A stretch of 64,000 nt of DNA, from assembly GCA_951406725.2 (NCBI GenBank), contig OX597817.1:43400001-43464000 (forward strand). Reading direction: 5' to 3'. The position numbers and the translations under genes were made by a program. This DNA is from Octopus vulgaris. Taxonomy: Eukaryota. Positions 12,589 through 26,749 of this stretch are shown here, in pieces; position 1 is the first letter of the stretch; each line of letters begins with the position of its first letter. The notes beneath the pieces are model-generated. The model was not told the DNA's origin. It did no database searches and worked only from the letters and a program-made list of their open reading frames with translations.

Positions 12589-14299
12589 GTGTATGTATGT
12601 ATTTGTGCATCTGTGTTTGTCACCCCACCATAGCTTGACAACTGATGTTGGTATGTTTAAGTTCCTGTAAATTAGTGTTTCGGTAAAAGAGACCGATAGA
12701 ATAAGTACTAAGCTCACAATGAATAAGTTCTGAGGTCAATTTGTTCGACTAAAGATGGCCACAGTCAAATGACTGAAACAAGTAAAAACAGGAAGAGATA
12801 TTTTTATAATTAAATATTATTAAGAATTGCCTAAAAAAAAATTGTTGAGGCTATAGTAAAAAACACTTGCCTAAGATACCATGCAGTGGGACTGAACACA
12901 GAACCATGTGGCTGAGAAGCAAGCTTATTACCACACAGCCATGTGGACTCCAGTTGAGAACAACTATTCTAAATATAATTTCTTTCTATTTCTTGCTTTA
13001 TTGATAGCTTACAATAAAGCTTCTGTTTTTTTTTTCATCTCAAAGAAACTACCTCACCTATCCTTCCACATCAGCTGCCAACAAAATCAACCCCCAATTC
13101 ACAACATATTCATCAGGAGTTTGACATCTTTTTTCTCATATTACCATGTGTCTGATGATTCACCAAAGCAGCATTCATCTCTCATCTTTCAGCATGTGTT
13201 GTACTATGTTAACTGTCACACACCTCATTCCTCTTATTACATAACAGCAGTTATAGATAGTATTTACTATAGGACAACAGCAAGCTGCAGCAGATGCTAT
13301 GTAGTAGGTTTACTACCTCTCTTTTCTGAGTTCCTTTCTCATTGCCATTATCTTCCAAAGGCCAATGAATACCCAGATGGAATGTTAAAATAAAATTAAA
13401 AAAACTGGAATTCAAATTTGAATTTTCAATTTTGGCTTATGAAAATTTTTTAGTTTTATTGCCAAAAAAAAAAAAAATTTGAGATAAACAGAACTAAAAA
13501 ATAAGCCAAACTTTACATCTCTGATTTAAACTACTCTCTTTACTTGTTTCAGTAATTTGACTGGGCCATGCTGGAGCACTGCCTTTAGTCGAGCAAATCG
13601 ACCCCAGGACTTACGGTGATGTAATCACACCTGCATCGGTTGTCAAGCGATGTTGGGGGGACAAACACAGACACACAAATACACACACACACACATATAC
13701 ATAGGTCATTATTCATAAAAATCCCTGAATCAATGGGCATTTAAACCATTCATGATATGGTTACTCGATCTGCTAGAAACAATAGCCAAATCTCATTAAA
13801 GTCACATCTGTTTTCAAAAAAGGGAAGGACACATGGGTATAATGTAGTCCTAGACATATCCATTTAAAAGAAGTGATAGTCATGGCTGGAATGCTTTTAA
13901 TGATAATTTTGCTGAATGAGGAATGATCTGAATCTACAAAAACCAAGTGTGGCAAGTCCTTTATTCTTATGTCATCTTTATATACCCGAGGCAATTCATG
14001 ATCACACCACAAAATCACTCATGTTTTGTATTGTGGCCATTAACGAGCTCATGTGTGTGTATGTAAAAAGCACCATTCGAACGTGACCAATGCCGGTGCT
14101 GCCTGACTGGCACCTGTGCTGGTGGCACATAAAAAGCACCCATTACACTCTTGGAGTGATTGGCATTAGGAAGGGCATCCAGCTGTAGAAACCTTGCCAC
14201 ATCAGATTGGAGCTTGTACAGCTTCCCGGCTCGCCAGTCCTCAGTCAAACTGTCCAACTCATGCCAACATGGAAAGCAGATGTTAAATGATGATGATGA

Positions 14300-14510
14300 T
14301 GTATGTGCGTATTATAACTACACGTGGACAGTTGGTGATTTTTTCCTCCTCCTTCCTTCTCCTTTGGACTTTCCTATGTTTTCTGTTTCTGATGAAAAGC
14401 TATGCTCAAAATGTAAAACAACCACTCTTTTCCTTCTCTGAGCTTTGCATGTGCTATGTCCTCACATTGCTTTTTCTTGTCTTTTTATCTCCATTTTTTG
14501 AATTAACTAC
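14300..14510 (+). mobile_element. Penelope-like pLTR fragment with degenerate hammerhead
   Basis: gtttCTGATGAaaagctatgctcAAAATGTAaaac at 14385-14419; homologous to 36500-36712 (-). Confidence 0.65.
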
Positions 14511-14768
14511 ATATGTGTGTGTGTGTGTGTATTATATATATGTGTATGTATGTATATGTGTGTGTGCATGTATGTGTTATATATATATGTGTATGTATGT
14601 ATAATATATGTGTGTGTGTGTATGTGTGCATGTATGTAATATATATATGTGTGTATGTATAATATATATTTATGCATGTGTGTATGTATGTATTATATAT
14701 AACAGAGTTATTAGTGATGGAATTATCATTCCAGGTAAAATATGTTATAAGCTTTCCATTAGTATACC

Positions 14769-15000
14769 TATTTCTTTACTACCCACAAGGGGCTAAGCAC
14801 AGAGAGGACAAACAAGGACAGACAAACGGATTAAGTCAATTATATCGACCCCAGTGCATAACTGGTACTTATTTAATCGACCCCAAAAGGATGAAAGGCA
14901 AAGTCGACCTCGGCGGAATTTGAACTCAGAACGTAACAGCAGATGAAATACCGCTAAGCATTTCGCCCTGCGTGCCAACGTTTCTGCCAGCTCGCTGCCT
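14769..15000 (-). mobile_element. SINE family A, full length with 16-bp TSD
   Basis: tttccattagtatacc at 14753-14768 and 15001-15016. Confidence 0.92.
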
Positions 15001-15869
15001 TTTCCATTAGTATACCAAGCTAACAATATTATTTAGATTAGTAAAGAACTTTGAGGATTCTTGCAGCAGGGTCAAAGGTTATAATTCATCACCATTCTAT
15101 GTTGTAAATCTATGGTTGTACTCTTGTTATACTGGATTGTTTTTTTACAGAGTGATATACAAGACAAGGCATAAATAATATCATTACACACTTTTCTTTG
15201 CAAGCTGTAAATCAAATTTACTACAATAAAAAAAAAAATATGTAAAGACCATTATTTATGCCTTGTGTGTGTGTGTGTGTGTGTGCATACATGTCTAGTG
15301 GTTTACAACTGTGGTTTCTTATATGAAAATCACACTATTCAGGCCATGTTGTTAGTACTTCTGTTGATAAATTGTCTGCTTCCTTTATATTATCAAAGCC
15401 ATGAGGAATCATCATCGTTTAAAATTCGCTTTCCATGCTAGCATGGGTTGGACGATTTGACTGAGGTCTGGCGAACCAGATGGCTGCACCAGGCTCCAAT
15501 CTGATCCGGCAGAGTTTCTACAGCTGGATGCCCTTCTTAAACACTTTAACTAAACACTCTCAAACACTTTCAAACTTTGGATACTGGTAGAATGTGTCAT
15601 ATAGAACATCTTTTACTCTTAGCGTTACTCTTTAACTTGTTTCAGTCGTTTGACTGCAGCCATGCTGGAGCACTACCTTTAGTGGAGCAAATCAACCCCA
15701 GTCACTTTCACCACCACAACCTGTATAACCACTGCAATACCAGCATCACACCGCTCCTGTTGCCATTATAACCACCGATACTATTTTATCCTCCTACCAT
15801 AATTATCTCGATCATCGTCATCATCAACACTGTCTCTAAACAGCAACGCCACCATAGGTTACGTGGAAA

Positions 15870-16140
15870 CGATGTGTTTTCAAGGGAGATAATCAAAGAA
15901 CATAACATTGTAATACTTCAAGTAAAGTAAATATAACAAATGAAATATCCTTCAAGAATCCATAAAAATTCCTGGATCACTACCAAAATTTCATCATTTG
16001 TTGCTTGTGTCATTACCTACATTTTCGGCAAGTTTCATCAAATACCATTCACAACTTTTTGAGTTATTTTGCACACTGATGGACAGACAGACAAACCAAC
16101 GCCAATGAAAACATAACCTCCTTCCTTGGAGGAGGTAATA
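15870..16140 (+). mobile_element. Helentron-associated (DINE/HINE-like) non-autonomous element
   Basis: aagtttcatcaaat...gacagac...aaaacataacctcc-ttccttgg-aggaggtaat 3' hairpin. Confidence 0.55.
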
Positions 16141-16489
16141 AGATTGTAAATAAAACGTGGAAATCAGACAAAGTTGGAATTTCTTTGAGTAATATATTCT
16201 TCTATACACAATCATACACACCTGTATATGTATGTATATATATATAAAAATTAGAAAAAAACCCCACCTTTTATCAATTCAATAATGAAAAATTAAATTA
16301 TACCATTTAGAAAAATTACATATTATAGAAAGATTAAATATAAGATAAAATATATAACAATGATTAAGTAATGAGCAAAATAGTAAATAAAACATATATA
16401 TTTGGTCTTTGATTTTCACATTTTATTTACAATCATACTACCTCTGCCAAGGAAGGAGGTTATGTTTGCATTGGCGTTGGTTTATCCGA

Positions 16490-17406
16490 CATGAAGTGGT
16501 ATCAAAAAGTTCCCAGACTAGTTGTGTAGTGTGCCAATAGATTGGAGCATAGGGTTGTATGTCCAGTGAGAGCTAGCAGTGACCTTCATGAGGCAGAGTG
16601 CTAAGTAACATTGCTGTGTTTACTTTGGAAGTTGTGAAATTTGTATTTTTGTGAGATTGTATGTATGCTGTAGTCTGCAATTTTGCCATGGACAGGAATA
16701 AAGAACCAGAGTGAAATTTTGTGTTAAACTTGGGAAGTCTACTACAGAGACATCGAGCATGCTTTAGCAAGCTTAAGATGATGAGGTAATGGGTCATATG
16801 CAATGTTTCGAGTGGCACAGGTGCTTCAAAAATAGAAGAACATCTCTGGAAGACAATGAGCGATCTGGAAGACCTGCCAAGAATGTCACCCCAGAGATGT
16901 AGTATTGTGCATTGAGAATTTGTGCCCCAGGACCAGACCATCAATTGAGAGTTCAACTGTGATGTTTTGAAGCAAGTGAGGGAAGACATTCAGTGAAAGC
17001 AACTGGAGCATAAAGAATTGGATTTTTCACAACGACAATGCACCCTGTCACTGAGTTCTCCTTACTTGTGAGTTTCCTCACCAAAACCAAGATAGTATTG
17101 CATATGTATCAACCCTGTTTGCTAGGTTTAGCATCTGCTGACTTCCTTCTCTTCCCCGAGATGAAAATGCAGCTCAAAAGTTGCCTTTTTAACATCATTG
17201 TCGAGATCAACAGTGTATCACAGAAGGTCCTCAACTCGGTTATGAAAACCAACTTCCAGGTCGGATTCCAAAAGTGGCAGGGACACTGGCACCAGTGATA
17301 TGCTGCATAATATGATTATTTTGAAGGAGATGATGTTAAAACTTAGGTAAATAAGTTATTTCTTTGTTAAGCATAACGAATCCAGGAACCTTTTGATACC
17401 AGCTCT
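16490..17406 (+). mobile_element. Decayed, internally deleted mariner transposon with both TIRs
   Basis: gtggtatcaaaaagttcc / ggaaccttttgatacca TIRs; VKFCVKLGKSTTET...QCFEWHRCFKNRRTSLEDNERSGRP and LASADFLLFPEMKMQLK. Confidence 0.88.
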
Positions 17407-17545
17407 TATATAATAACAACAGTAGATTGGAAAAAAAATTTGGTATTATCTGATTATATATTTATTTAAGTTTTTTCCAATCTCCTGTTTGATATGTAGG
17501 TTACTCTACAAAAACTATTTTCCAGTATTTTTCAATGCTTACACT

Positions 17546-17950
17546 TACTCTTTTACTTGTTTCAGTCATTTGACTGCGGCCATGCTGGATCATTGCCTTT
17601 ATAGTCGAGCAAATTTACCCCAGGACTTATTCTTTGTAAGCCTAGTACTTACTCTATTGGGCTCTTTTGCCGAACCACTAAGTTATGGTGATGTAAACAC
17701 ACCAGCATCGGTTGTCAAGCAATGTTGCGGGGACAAACACAGACACACACACATATATACACACACACACATACATACATATACATATATATGATGAGAT
17801 TCTTCCAGTTTCTGTCTATCAAATCCACTCACAAGGCTTTGGTCAGCCCGAGGCTATAGTAGAAGACACTTGCCCAAGGTGACACGCAGTGGAACTGAAC
17901 CCGGGACCATGTCGTTGGTAAGCAAGCTACTTACCACACAGCCACTCCTG
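17546..17950 (-). mobile_element. SINE family B, full length
   Basis: Matches family consensus seen at 18776-19195. Confidence 0.9.
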
Positions 17951-18088
17951 CTTATTAATGTCTCACACAATTATAACATGTACATACAATTTTGGAGCAC
18001 TGGAATATGCAGATGTGCTTCATGAGAACACAGCTCAGATCAGATCCCTATCTACATACTCACTCTCCCTCTCATATATATATATATA

Positions 18089-18440
18089 CACTTGCGTCAG
18101 AAATTAATTAGCACTTCTCAAATTTCTACATTAAATAGGTTAAATCAATTAACCTATGAGCTGTTCAAAACATCTTACGCGATGAGAAAACTTAGTATGG
18201 TGTGATTTCGGACCTTGCGAGGCGCTACCTATATCTATTAAACAAAGGAAGATTTGTCTGCATCCGCACTCCAAGTTGTTGTTGCACTGCTATGTCAACA
18301 TCATAAGGCTGTAGACTCTCAAACTGCTCTGCAAACAAATGAACTCGCAACAAAGCAATAGTTCGAGATATGGCCACTAGGTGACAGCACATACCTTGAG
18401 TGAAGAGCAAATCAAGGGTGCTAATCAATTTCTGACGGTA

Positions 18441-18443
<3 letters not shown>
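18089..18443. mobile_element. Tc1/mariner-type MITE, 26-bp TIRs, TA target
   Basis: cacttgcgtcagaaattaattagcac vs gtgctaatcaatttctgacggtagtg; TA on both sides. Confidence 0.85.
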
Positions 18444-18492
<49 letters not shown>

Positions 18493-18775
18493 ATACATGC
18501 ATATATATACACACACATACACACAAACATATACATATTATTTGTGAATTAAGGCTAGCATTGGTTTCATGCTTAGGAACCCTTTAATGACTATCAAGCC
18601 ATTCACATGGAACATCTGTGCTTGTCTCTATTTTTGTTTTCATCTGAAACAGAGAGATAATTGTTCACCACATTATCAATGTGATCATCTTGATAATTTT
18701 TAAAATCTTCCTATTCAATCTATTATACCCATCTCCAGTAAAATTACTGATATATATATAAAAACAAGACGTATA

Positions 18776-18946
18776 GGCGCAGAAGTGGCTGTGTGGTAAG
18801 TAGCTTGCTTACCAACCATATGGTTCCGGGTTCAATCCTGCTGCATGGTACCTTGGGCAAGTGTCTTCTACTATAGCCTCGAGCCGACCAAAGCCTTGTG
18901 AGTGGATTTGATAGACGGAAACTCAAAGAAGCCTGTCGTATATATG

Positions 18947-18996
<50 letters not shown>

Positions 18997-19195
18997 TGTG
19001 TTTGTCCCCCTAGCATTGCTTGACAACTGATGCTGGTGTGTTTACGTCCCCGTAACTTAGCTGTTCGGCAAAAGAGACCAATAGAATAACTACAAGGCTT
19101 ACAAAGAATAAGCTCTGGGGTCGATTTGCTCGACTAAAGGCGGTGCTCCAGCATGGCTGCAGTCAAATGACTGAAACAAGTAAAAGAGTAAAGAG
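18776..19195 (+). mobile_element. SINE family B, full length
   Basis: ggcgcagaagtggctgtgtggtaag head to gtaaaagagtaaagag tail. Confidence 0.92.
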
Positions 19196-19426
19196 ATAGA
19201 GATACACATACACACACCTACTTGTAAATATCTGTATTTACTATCACCTACATTTTATGCCTCTTTTCCGTGCTGGCATATGTTGGACAGATCATTATGA
19301 TCAAAGTTAGTTTTTATTGAGAGTGATTTTTAGCTTGATTTCTATGGCTGGATGCCTTTCCTATAACCAATCATTTTATAGTTCCTTTTATCATGGCATG
19401 AAAAGCAGAAAAGCTTTTATGTCTTG

Positions 19427-19703
19427 TATTTGGTTTGCAAGCTTCTTTATATGAGTTTGTGTGTTGAAGCATATTCTGTTGTGTCTGGGGAGAATCATTT
19501 TCTTTTTGTCCCTTATAATGTAACACACTCACCGGTAAAATTTCCACTTATTTCTTATTTTATTTTTCTAAAATTTTCGTTGCATCCTGCAACCTTTTCA
19601 ATAGTTGTTGCAAGACACAATAAGAAATGAGTGGAAATTTTACCGGTGAGTGTGTTACATTATAAGGCACAAAAAGAAAATGACTCTCCCCAGAGACAAC
19701 AGA
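19427..19703. mobile_element. Penelope-like fragment with inverted duplication and 12-bp TSD
   Basis: Arms about 19472-19560 and 19618-19704; ttttatgtcttg on both flanks; homologous to 59120-59245. Confidence 0.7.
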
Positions 19704-20100
19704 ATTTTATGTCTTGGATAAGGCAAAAGGCTCCTTCCTGACTGAAGTTATATACACACAAATGTTTTCATTTACAATGAAATACTACTACACAGTACAT
19801 TCAGTACACTTCATACATTTTATTAGAAGTTGAATATTCTGGAAACTTCAACCTGTATTTTTTGTTGCTGACTATTCAAGTGATTCGTTTGAATAATCCA
19901 CAATGTAAAATTCTGAACTATGACCCATTAAAATTTACTTCCAATAAAACATACATACATTCACACACACACATCTCTCTCTCTCTCCACACACACATTC
20001 ATATATGTATGCCTAATAGACAGAGGCAATTATGCAGATAAACAAATTACATATAACAAGCATGGGTTTGATATACAAAATATATGTCTACATACAAACA

Positions 20101-20606
20101 GGGAGGCGCAATGGCCCAGTGGTTAGGGCAGCAGACTCGCGGTCGTAGGATCGTGGTTTCGATTCCCAGACCGGACATTGTCAGTGTTTATTGAGTGAAA
20201 ACACCTAAAGCTCCATGAGGCTCTGGCAGAGGATGGTGGTGAACTCAGCTGTACTCTTTCACAACTTTCTCTCACTCTTTCTTCCTGTTTCTGTTGTATC
20301 TGTATTTCGAAGGGCCAGCCTTGTCACACTCTGTGTCACGCTGAATTTCCCCGAGAACTATGTTAAGGGTACATGTGTATGCGAAATGCTCGGCCACTTG
20401 CACTTTAATAAATGAGCTGCGACATCACGGGTGCCAAGCTGTATCGGCCTTTGCCTTTCACTTGGATAACATCCGTGGTGTGGAGAGGGGAGGCTGGTAT
20501 GTGTGGGCGACTGCTGGTCTTCCATAAACAACCTTGCCCAGACTTGTGCCTTGGAGGGTAACTTTCTAGGTGCAATCCCATGGTCATTCATGACCGAAGG
20601 GGGTCA
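20101..20606 (+). mobile_element. tRNA-derived SINE family C (tRNA-Arg-like head)
   Basis: A-box tggcccagtggttagg, B-box ggtttcgattccc; flanked by catacaaacag direct repeat. Confidence 0.85.
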
Positions 20607-21170
20607 CACATACAAACAGAAAGAAAGCAAAAACTGAAAATTTTCAGATGATGAGTATTTAAGTATGACTATATAGATCATCATCATCATTTAGCTTCCA
20701 TTTGTCTATGATGGCATGGGTTGGACGGTTTGACCAGGGCTGGTAAGCTGAGGGGTTGGCTTTAGGAAGGGCATCCAGCTGTAAAAACACTGCCAGATCA
20801 GACTGGAGCCTGGTGCAGCCTCTTGGCTTCCCAGGCCCCGATCGAACTGTCCAACCCATGCTAGCATGGAAAACAGACGTTAAAACGATGATGAGGATAT
20901 ATATATACATATATATTATTGTTGACCTGAGGAGTGACTATACTTTTAAATTGAAATGTTTTTGGATCGATTAAATTTAAATTTAATTGCAATTCGAATT
21001 GAAGATATAGCCACAAAATGTACATAGTCCTTTTACTAATTATATACTGTTTATTATTATGTACTTTTTGTGATCTAGGTAAAAATTTTATCATATATTT
21101 TATTTTTTCTATATGGTATGATTTATGCCTATCATTGTTTGAATTACATAATAGTAGTTTTTCTCTAATT

Positions 21171-21222
<52 letters not shown>

Positions 21223-21510
21223 CATACATACATACATTTATATTGTGAAATTTGATTTAATACTAAATTGAAATTTTCCCTGTAAGTTTGGAGTTACACT
21301 CCCTAATATTATTATTTATATATATATACATATACATGTGTGTGTATTTAAACATTCAGCCTCATCAAATGTCAACCAGTCTGTTACAGTCACTGAGCAT
21401 TACATACATAATTATGAGCTAGGATAAAACTGTAAAACCCAGTTAGATAAATGATGACATTTAACTTTGGTGTAGACGAAACCATTACCTACTTTAGCAG
21501 TTTTACATAC

Positions 21511-21567
21511 TTCACTATCAGTACAGATATTGCAGTCAGAGAAATTCATGGTGTACTGGGCAACATA
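21511..21567 (-). CDS. Candidate 57-nt exon YVAQYTMNFSDCNICTDSE, unknown gene
   Basis: ttctttag acceptor, GTATGT donor, open phase-0 frame continuing the 22767 exon; contains accATG. Confidence 0.45.
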
Positions 21568-22026
21568 CTAAAGAATTTAGATTTTATTAGTTATAAAGAT
21601 CTCCAACCCTTAAATAGTAAATATCATCAAAAGTTTTATATGGCTATAGTCATCGAGAAAGGAAAGTTTATGACATTTTTCAATAATGAAACTGTAAATT
21701 TTACTGTGTAAGAGACTAACAATGATAGCTTTGGTACATATTATAAAAATTACTCTTAAGGAAAGAGATATTTGTCTTTGTTTGCTTGGTACACACATTT
21801 CTTGCTGTTTAAGGATGAAAGTTAACACTTGTTGGTTCAGTTAATCTGACTAAACAGGTGCCATTAGTAGCTACAGTGCATGACTGATCAATAAGGCAGC
21901 TGTATAATGGACTAGAGTTTGCTTAGATAAGAGAAAAGGGTTCAAATCTTCAAGGGAGTTTAATTGAGTGTAAATGCTTCTGAAATACAGCAAGCTTTTA
22001 AAGCCCTACATTTAGTTCTGCTTTCA

Positions 22027-22091
<65 letters not shown>

Positions 22092-22379
22092 AATTATTAT
22101 TGAGTCAACCAACTTAAATCACATACCAACCTCACTCCTCTTTCAATGGGCTAAAGCACTCACAAGAATTTTTAAAAACCGATTTTGGAGAGATGCAACA
22201 CAGTACGACAGTGTAGTGCAGAAACAACGTGACTTAGGGACTTTCTAAGAGGAGAATAACACCAAGTAGTGCAATGGTTCTCAAATTAAGAAATTAATCT
22301 CTTCCTTCAGTCCAAATAGCAAAATTTTTCGTCGATTAACCACGTTAATAAAAAAAAACAAAATAAAGTTGGTTAATAT

Positions 22380-23220
22380 ATAGATCCACGCCCAGGTGGC
22401 GAAAATGGAAAAGAATATGCGTAACAGGTGTAAGGCATCGTATATTGAAGGAATATGACGAAAAAAAAAGCGCGCTGACAAAGGAGGGGGTGGGGAGGGG
22501 GCTCGGAAAATACCCACGATCAACCGTAGAGGATCCGAGCAATAAACCTCAACACCCGGTCGCAGGAGCGCAACAGAAACCGCCTAAATACTTCTAATGC
22601 AATGAGTATACAACAAATATTCTTTCTTTGCAGTGCATTCGATACTTTGCTATCGTATTCGATATGGTGTATTATCTTAATTTTATCAAAGATAGCAATT
22701 TGCTCGCTCTCTTTTCAATCTCCACAGCCACACCTTAATGAGAAACAGTTCAGACAGCGGACTTACCTCACAGGAAAGCCAGTGATCCAAGTTTGTCATT
22801 ACTACCTTCGGAGTTGACCTTCCACCTTTCAGAAGAAAGTTTAGTCCGCCAAAGTTTTTAAAAGAAAACCCCGCTTCGAGTAGCCTGGTCATACTAAGTA
22901 AAACGATAGCTAGAATACAGGGACACAGCTCTGTATAGTGACGAGCTGTTTGACCCTGGGGTCGGATATCAAGCCCTGAGAAGCCTAACTAGTATTTGTT
23001 TAATTCTTGTTTCCACCACTACGAGAAATGTCCTGACAGGTGCAGTTTATTGTCTTTTAGACCACCTTTTGTAGACCCTTCCTGGGCAGGAGTAAATAAC
23101 GTGGTCCCAGATATGGCTGTTCAGTCGCGCAGCAGTCTTCGGGGAGCATTTCCCGTACAAACTCTGCAACTGTATATCAGGGGCAGCTATAAGTACATTT
23201 AGACCCCGCTGTCAGCCTCT
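22380..23220. promoter_or_regulatory. CpG-retaining unique region, candidate promoter / 5' end
   Basis: CG dinucleotides and GC-rich runs much denser than in 1-22000; non-repetitive. Confidence 0.5.
22767..22893 (-). CDS. Candidate exon MTRLLEAGFSFKNFGGLNFLLKGGRSTPKVVMTNLDHWLSCE
   Basis: Consensus donor GAG|GTAAGT at 22767/22766; possible acceptor ttttacttag at 22894; in frame with the 24324 and 21567 candidates. Confidence 0.5.
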
Positions 23221-24323
23221 TAAGAATACATGTATACATTTTTATAAACGGAGCTTCTATGCTGTGGTTTAGCTTGCTAGAAATAGCAGTCAAATTCCTT
23301 TCAGTCACACGCTTCCACCTTAAAAATGGAAGGATACATTGAACAATGTAGAACACTATACGACGAGATGGTCACTGCTGTGGAACGCCTTTAATAAAAA
23401 ATCTGTTAAATCAAGGCTCATTTGGGGATATCGTGAGTAAACACATATACAAACTAACGAAAAAGCTTCAACAAGTTTAGTCAAACTGCAAGAAATGGCA
23501 GTCAAATCTCCCCTTACTATCTTTAACAGGGAAGAACAAATAAATACTAAAGTCTTTGATATTCTATAGAGATAGGATAAATTGCTGGTGGAATGCTTTT
23601 GTTTGCAGTTTTGGTCAAAGTTGACCGGGGCTAAACAGCAGAAATAATTAACGAAAGGAATGAACATAGAAATTATGAATAGGAGCCGGTGAACAATAAT
23701 TTCTTCGGTAAACATGACACTATCATAGCGGAGGTATTTATGTAGATTACATACATATCTGGATTAAATAGAGAAAATTATTTTACAAGAGTTAGTACAA
23801 ACTTCTTTTAATTAATCTACCATCTGGCCCGCTATACTCAACATATGTTTACAACATAACAGAACAACCGAACAAAACAGATAATAATAAAGAACTAAAT
23901 ACAATTAAAAACACTAATTATAATTATAAATTATATTTAAAGAAAGAGAAAGTTATATGTTATTTATTTTACGTTATTGTTCACTAAAAACAAAACTGAA
24001 TATTTTCTCTAATGTTTTGTTAATAATTACGTTTTGTTCTACTGTAATTAATAAGCAGTACTATCGACAGACTAGAGGCACCTCGTAATTAAAGAAACAT
24101 TTTTTAAAAGAATAATAAAGCATTCAAATTTCGTGTAAATGTTAAAAAGGAACAAGCTGTGGATAGACAGGTATGTTCATTAACTGAAACTACAGGGTTT
24201 ATTATGTAAATATAGAAAATATAGGTAACAAGAAGGGCGCATATATATATATATATATATATAAATACATATACAAACATACAAAGAAGATAAGAAACAA
24301 GATGTTTATAAAAACAAACTTAC

Positions 24324-24400
24324 AAATCATTCGTAATAACCACCGAATCTATATCCATATCACTCTGAGATGATTCGATAGAATATATACGACTGTCCAT
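24324..24400 (-). CDS. Candidate first coding exon MDSRIYSIESSQSDMDIDSVVITND, phase 2
   Basis: aaaATGG start, GTAAGT donor, ETS-type CCGGAAGT motif about 70 bp upstream. Confidence 0.55.
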
Positions 24401-24469
24401 TTTTACAAATCCACTAAATGATCCGCAGGAGAGAAAAAAAAAGTTTAGTTTTTTGACATTGTTGGCAAG

Positions 24470-24478
24470 TACTTCCGG
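24470..24478 (-). promoter_or_regulatory. ETS/GABP-type motif CCGGAAGT
   Basis: acttccgg on + strand directly upstream of candidate first exon. Confidence 0.4.
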
Positions 24479-24641
24479 AGCGTTATTCCCTAACCACCAC
24501 CACCTCCAAAAAAAGACTTTTTACAAACCAACTACTGTTGCTTGTGTCTGCAAGAGGTCCTTTATTTACTTGGTGCTTATGTTTAACACAACTTTGTGGA
24601 GGTATGTGTGTGTGTGGATATACACACATTACATCACGCAC

Positions 24642-24710
<69 letters not shown>

Positions 24711-24918
24711 CGCACACACACACACTATATATATATGTATATCGTTACTTCTACTCGGTATTAATAAAAATATATAGATATAATTATTTATTTAAATCTA
24801 TTCATAACTTTTTTTATTGGCTTTAGTCATTAAACTGGGGTCATGCTAGAGCACTGCCTTGGGGAGGAGTGTGTATATATATATGGGTGTGTAATATACA
24901 TATATATATAATTATTCA

Positions 24919-24972
<54 letters not shown>

Positions 24973-25608
24973 ATAGTTGAAATTTACAGAAAAACAAAAG
25001 ACGAAGACAGGTGTATGAACACCAAGCAGGTTTATTAGTTTGACGCGTGGGAAAGTGAGAAAGTCTTTTACTTTTCGAGCCTATGCTCTTCGGCAGAAGG
25101 AATATGATGAAATAAACAAGGAGAGAATAAAAAAAACTTGTGGATTTAACGATCAATCAATATCATAAATAAATAAATAGATAAATATATATATATAATA
25201 TTAACGAATAATTATATATATATATATATATAATTATTTATTAATATATATATTTCTTTATTGCCCACAAGGGGCTAAACATAGAAGGGACAAACAAGGA
25301 CAAACAAAGGGATTAAGTCACTTACATCGACCCTAGTGCGAAACTGGTACTTTATTTATCGACCCCGAAAGAATGAAAGGCAAAGTCACCTCGGAGGAAT
25401 TTGAACTCAGAACGTAACGGCAGACGAAATACGGCTACGCATTTCGCCCAGCGTGCTAGAGTGGCTATGTAGTAAGGAGCTTGCTTCCCAACCACATGGT
25501 TCCGGGTTCAGTCCTACTGTGTGGCACCTTGGGCAAGTGTCTTCTACTATAGCCTTGGGCCAACCAAAGCCTTGTGAGTGGATTTGGTATATGGAAACTG
25601 AAAGAAGC

Positions 25609-25752
<144 letters not shown>

Positions 25753-26194
25753 TACTTGGGTATATATCTAGTTATCTTTTACTTGTTTCAGTCACTGACC
25801 TGTGGCCATGCTCGGATACTGTCCATTAGGATCCATTTGTTTGACTAACGATTTTAGTCAAACAAATTTACCCCATTACTTATTTTTTTCAAAATCTAGT
25901 ACTTATTCTAGCGGTTTCTTTTGTTGAACCACTAGTGGTAAGGTTTAAACAAACCAGCACTGGTTGTCAAACGGTGGTAGGGGGACAAGCACAATTGCAA
26001 AGACACACACATTATCAAATTTACTCACAAAACACTGGTTGGTTTGCAGAGGGATTGAACCCCAAAATATCTGGTTGCAAAGCAAGTTTCTTAACCACAT
26101 AGCCATGCTTATATATATGTGTGTGTGCGTGTGTGTGTACACACACACACACACACACGTGTATGTATGCATGTATCTATCTTTCTATCTATGT

Positions 26195-26575
26195 GTGGCT
26201 GTGTGGTAAGAAGATTGCTTCCCAATCACATGGTTCTAGGTTCAGTCTCACTGCGTGGCACCCTGGGCAAGTGTCTTCTACTATAGCCTCAGGTTGATCA
26301 AAGCCTTGTGAGTGGATTTGGTAGACAGAAACTGAAAGAAGCCTGTCATATATGTATATAATTATGTGTGTGTGTGTTTTTGTGTCTGTGTTTGTCCCCT
26401 ACTACCACTGGTGGTGTGTTTACACCCCTGTAACTCAGCAGTTTGGCAAAAGAGACTGATAGAATAAATATCAGGCTTTAAAACATTAAATAAGTCCTTG
26501 GGTTGATACATTCAACTAAAAATTCTTTAAGGTGACACCCCAGTGTGACTGAAGCCTAATGACTGACAAGTAAAA
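26195..26575 (+). mobile_element. SINE family B (variant)
   Basis: gtggctgtgtggtaagaag head and CORE-like block. Confidence 0.85.
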
Positions 26576-26608
26576 AAAGATATATATATATATATGCATG
26601 TGTGTGTG

Positions 26609-26639
<31 letters not shown>

Positions 26640-26749
26640 ATGTATACATATGTGTGTGTATGTATGTATGTATAAGAGCACCCATGCTAGCATGGAAGAT
26701 GATCATTAACCGATGGTGATGATGATGATGATGATGATGACACGAGTGA

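Noticed and set aside
12908-13393. 161-aa ORF
   Set aside because: Begins inside a SINE; no motif or splice signals.
1073-15205. Other weak minus-strand exon candidates near 1130, 9375 and 15205
   Set aside because: Donor sites poor and peptides unrecognisable.
18584-18643. Strong minus-strand acceptor ctctctgtttcag followed by MKTKIETSTDVPCEWLDSH*
   Set aside because: Stops in all frames and no good donor; cannot be supported as an exon.
20101-20175. tRNA-like sequence (also 28195 and 54720-54790)
   Set aside because: No proper acceptor stem or terminator; continues into a SINE body.
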